Shown one piece after another: positions 61,242-64,000 of a DNA stretch of 64,000 nt. How positions within the stretch are numbered: the first letter of the stretch is position 1; every line of letters begins with the position of its first letter. The stretch is from Microcoleus sp. (GTDB lineage Bacteria > Cyanobacteriota > Cyanobacteriia > Cyanobacteriales > Microcoleaceae), in assembly GCA_052279835.1 (NCBI GenBank), contig CP181291.1:3392001-3456000 (forward strand), in the 5' to 3' direction. The notes under the pieces were generated by a model. It worked only from the letters and a program-made list of their open reading frames with translations, ran no database searches and was not told where the DNA came from. A program made the position numbers and the translations under genes.

Positions 61242-61468
61242 TTCGGGATTTTGTGAATAATTGTTAATTTCCTTTGCTTTTTTGGCGACTATCCTCAGTA
61301 CCCTAGGGTGCTGAGGGTGCAATTCCTCAAGCTCAGCGGAAAAAGTTGCGTTAACATTGGAGTTAGATCTTGGTCGGTGTTTTTTAGCTGGCGCGATCGT
61401 ACAGGACGCAACTTGACAATCTCGCCAATTTTTCTGTAGATCTTAAGTAAGAATATGGCTTTTACCCA

Positions 61469-61681
61469 ATGAGCAATTTTAATAGCCACAAGTTAGACGG
61501 AACGCGGAGTTGGATGCGTTTCTTACCCTACGCAGCCTTCGGTCTTTTATTATTTTCTCTGAATTCAGCAACCGAACTCAATTATTTCTGGAGAGGCTAC
61601 TTGGTGATTCTCGAAGCTCAAACAGGTATAGTTTTGCTGTATTTTGCGATGTCTAAGTTTCGTACATCTAAAAATAAATGA
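61469..61681 (+). CDS. small two-TM hypothetical protein
   Basis: 70-aa ORF with two hydrophobic segments; TTGACA upstream. Confidence 0.55.
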   Translation: MSNFNSHKLDGTRSWMRFLPYAAFGLLLFSLNSATELNYFWRGYLVILEAQTGIVLLYFAMSKFRTSKNK

Positions 61682-61749
61682 GTCAAGATTAGTAAGATTA
61701 CCCAGCCAGGTAGTTGCAGTGATACTTAAAAAATGGGGCAGACAAAAAA

Positions 61750-62097
61750 ATGGTTAAAGATAAAACAGTAGCAGTTTTGTTGGCTTTCTTTTTAGGAGGC
61801 TTTGGAGCCCACAAGTTTTATTTGGGAAATAATTTAGCCGGGGTATTATACTTGCTATTCTCTCTGACATTCATTCCCTCAGTAATCGCATTTTTTGATT
61901 TTCTCGGCTTGCTACTGATGTCGGAACCAGCTTTTCAAGCACAGTACAATCCAGGTATGTTGCAATCGGGCCGCTTCCTGCGATCGGCAACAGATGTCAC
62001 TGGGGCGATCGCCGATCTCAAAAAACTTTATGATATGGGTGCAATTACGGCAGAAGAATATGAAGAAAAACGACTCAAACTACTGCGAGATTTGTAA
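61750..62097 (+). CDS. TM2/NINE domain protein with C-terminal SHOCT domain
   Basis: KDKTVAVLLAFFLGGFGAHKFYLG; LKKLYDMGAITAEEYEEKR. Confidence 0.88.
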   Translation: MVKDKTVAVLLAFFLGGFGAHKFYLGNNLAGVLYLLFSLTFIPSVIAFFDFLGLLLMSEPAFQAQYNPGMLQSGRFLRSATDVTGAIADLKKLYDMGAITAEEYEEKRLKLLRDL

Positions 62098-62192
62098 TTA
62101 ATTATGAAGGAAGAAGGAAGCAGGAAACCCGCCCTTCAAAGAGTGGGATAAGAATGAGTGTAAAATAACAACTGTTTAAGGATAAAATTAAA

Positions 62193-62897
62193 GTGTTTCA
62201 AGATTTACACTGGCTGCGTCAAACTCCCTATTGGGTGTGGTATTCTTTTATTCCCTACTTCGGCGGATTGGCGATCGTCTATGCAGGCCAAAAAACAAAT
62301 ATTCGCAGTTGGATCGGGTGGGGCGCTGGCTTTACTTTAGCCGCAGTAGCCCTATCGGCTTCAGCTAATTTGGGCCTGCTGGTTTGGGTAGCTCAAATTG
62401 TCACTGCATTTTCTTTGAAAAAACGCTATCTCATCAAAACAGCACCCAGAGGTTTACTGGTTCCTGCAAGTGCCACAAGTGCAGAAGAGTTGGCAAATAT
62501 ACGGGGCAAAATAGATATTAATGAGTGTACCAAAGATGATTTGGTGAGAGTCTTGGGATTGCCAATCGTCTATGCTAATGATATTGAATCTTTGCAAAAT
62601 GAAGGATATATTTTTACTCACGCCGAAGAGTTGTCAGAAATAGCAGGAGTTCCAGCTAGTCACGTCAGACGCATCGCCCCGATGATTTGCTTTAGCTACA
62701 ATTATCGCAAAGAAGCAAGTTTTACTTGGAAACGATTAAATGTATTTTCGGTGGAGGAATTAATAGCCAGTGGCTTAGACAGAGTTGTAGCAGAGAAAAT
62801 AGTTACAGAAAGGCAGATTAAAGGCGAATATAAATCAGTTGTTGAGGTGAAGCGACGCACGGGGCTGCCTTTTGATTCCTACCGCCATTTATGTTAG
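62193..62897 (+). CDS. membrane protein with ComEA-like helix-hairpin-helix domains
   Basis: N-terminal TMs; KIDINECTKDDL..LGLP and AEKIVTER..KGEYKSV.EV. Confidence 0.75.
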   Translation: MFQDLHWLRQTPYWVWYSFIPYFGGLAIVYAGQKTNIRSWIGWGAGFTLAAVALSASANLGLLVWVAQIVTAFSLKKRYLIKTAPRGLLVPASATSAEELANIRGKIDINECTKDDLVRVLGLPIVYANDIESLQNEGYIFTHAEELSEIAGVPASHVRRIAPMICFSYNYRKEASFTWKRLNVFSVEELIASGLDRVVAEKIVTERQIKGEYKSVVEVKRRTGLPFDSYRHLC

Positions 62898-62926
62898 TTA
62901 TCTGTAGGTTCTAGACTCTAAAAAAT

Positions 62927-63412
62927 ATGACGATGGCAAAACTCGATGTTAATCTACAAAAATTGTACGATCTAGACTACCTACAATGGATTGAAACTAC
63001 CGTTGAAAAGTTGCGGATTGGCGATTATTCAAACATTGACTGGGAAAATATGATTGAAGAAATAGAAGACATGGGGCGAACTGAACGGCGGAGTTTGGAG
63101 AGTAATCTTGTGGTACTTCTGATGCACTTGCTAAAGTGGGAATTTCAACCAGATCGTAGAAGCGGTAGTTGGAAAGGTACCATAGCCGAACACCGTAGAC
63201 ACCTTCGCAAAAGTCTCCAGGATTCCCCCAGTCTCAAACCCTATCTGGAAGAAGTGTTTTCTGAATGCTATTCGGATGCAATAGAACAAGCAAGTGCTGA
63301 AACTGGATTGTCCCTAGAGACATTTCCGCAATGGTGTGTTTACACTTCTGCTGAGGTTTTAGATTCTAATTTTTTGCCAGACTTTTTGTCAGATGGGATG
63401 ACTGAAAACTAG
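62927..63412 (+). CDS. DUF29 family protein
   Basis: LYDLDYLQW, IDWENMIEEIEDMG, HLLKWEFQP, SW..TI..HR, SPSLKPYL. Confidence 0.9.
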   Translation: MTMAKLDVNLQKLYDLDYLQWIETTVEKLRIGDYSNIDWENMIEEIEDMGRTERRSLESNLVVLLMHLLKWEFQPDRRSGSWKGTIAEHRRHLRKSLQDSPSLKPYLEEVFSECYSDAIEQASAETGLSLETFPQWCVYTSAEVLDSNFLPDFLSDGMTEN

Positions 63413-63584
63413 CATAGTTAACCCCACCTCAAAAAATATAATACCCAGATCCCCGACAACTTCTGCGAAGTCCGGTATCTAAAAATCCTGGACTACACAA
63501 TGCTTGGAATATTGATGCTATTCTACAGAATTATTATGGCAACGCCGATCGACACGACAGTAGGATACCCCTAAAATCACATTT

Positions 63585-64000
63585 ATGTCTGACTCTCCTC
63601 CATCCCCAATTTCCCCAGAATCCCCAGAAAGTGCAGCTACAGACAACCGGAATGCCAAAACTAGGCAACTGTTGGGTATGAAAGGGGCTGCTACCGGGGA
63701 AACTTCCATTTGGAAGATTCGCTTGCAACTGATGAAGCCGATTACCTGGATTCCCCTGATTTGGGGCGTGGTGTGCGGGGCTGCCTCTTCTGGTCACTAT
63801 ACCTGGAATCTCGAAAATTTTGCGATCGCCGCAGCTTGTATGTTGATGTCAGGCCCGTTGCTGACTGGTTATACTCAAACTTTGAACGATTTCTACGATC
63901 GCGAAATCGATGCTATTAACGAACCCTACCGTCCAATTCCCTCCGGGCTGATCTCCATTCCCGAAGTAGTCGCGCAAATTTTGGTATTATTAGCCGCAGG
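63585..64000 (+). CDS. chlG: chlorophyll synthase, 5' part (runs off the window end)
   Basis: Not in the ORF track. Manual translation gives MSDSPP...TRQLLGMKGAATGETSIWKIRLQLMKPITWIPLIWGVVCGAASSG...YTQTLNDFYDREIDAINEPYRPIPSG. Confidence 0.95.
   Translation, partial: MSDSPPSPISPESPESAATDNRNAKTRQLLGMKGAATGETSIWKIRLQLMKPITWIPLIWGVVCGAASSGHYTWNLENFAIAAACMLMSGPLLTGYTQTLNDFYDREIDAINEPYRPIPSGLISIPEVVAQILVLLAA

Noticed and set aside
62115..62160. c-di-GMP-I riboswitch resemblance (aaagagtggga)
   Set aside because: Lacks the GGCAAA and GCAAAGC elements and the second stem.
63518..63919. ORF-track entries 63518-63709, 63534-63797 and 63710-63919
   Set aside because: They overlap the real chlG frame starting at 63585.
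1..64000. DGR, retron, prophage, tRNA or rRNA
   Set aside because: No reverse transcriptase, no adenine-variable repeat pair, no phage structural genes and no recognisable structural RNA genes were seen.

Overview
Chromosomal window from a filamentous, probably non-heterocystous cyanobacterium (Oscillatoriales/Microcoleus-like; inferred from dense HIP1 GCGATCGC/CGATCG sites, heptamer tandem repeats, fraCDE and chlG). It carries mostly core genes: cobO (partial), fraCDE, larE, glcF/glcE, devH, mtnX/mtnB, mlaE, sbcC, a CHASE adenylate cyclase, yebC, a wza-like gene, ndk, proB-yqeG-mltG-DUF3727-ruvX, pcrA, glycerate kinase, an FGGY kinase, a double phosphatase and chlG (partial). There is also a 1677-aa secreted DUF4347/FG-GAP/Calx-beta/RTX protein. 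I found no rRNA, tRNA, CRISPR array, reverse transcriptase or intact transposase. The most notable signals are: (1) several families of MITE/REP-like elements that nest inside each other and are also inserted in frame into coding genes (the giant surface protein, an FGGY kinase, probably SbcC); (2) an Rpn-like nuclease with a Shine-Dalgarno-preceded internal start and a duplicated C-terminal module, a candidate gene-within-gene toxin/antitoxin; (3) an orphan AetD-like diiron enzyme homolog with apparent His-to-Tyr ligand changes; (4) a multi-TM/GH104 muramidase fusion; (5) strand-polarised heptamer arrays abutting start and stop codons; (6) two single-base homopolymer frameshifts (proB, DUF3727) that are probably sequencing errors. 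All family assignments come from motif recognition and recalled sequences, not database searches.
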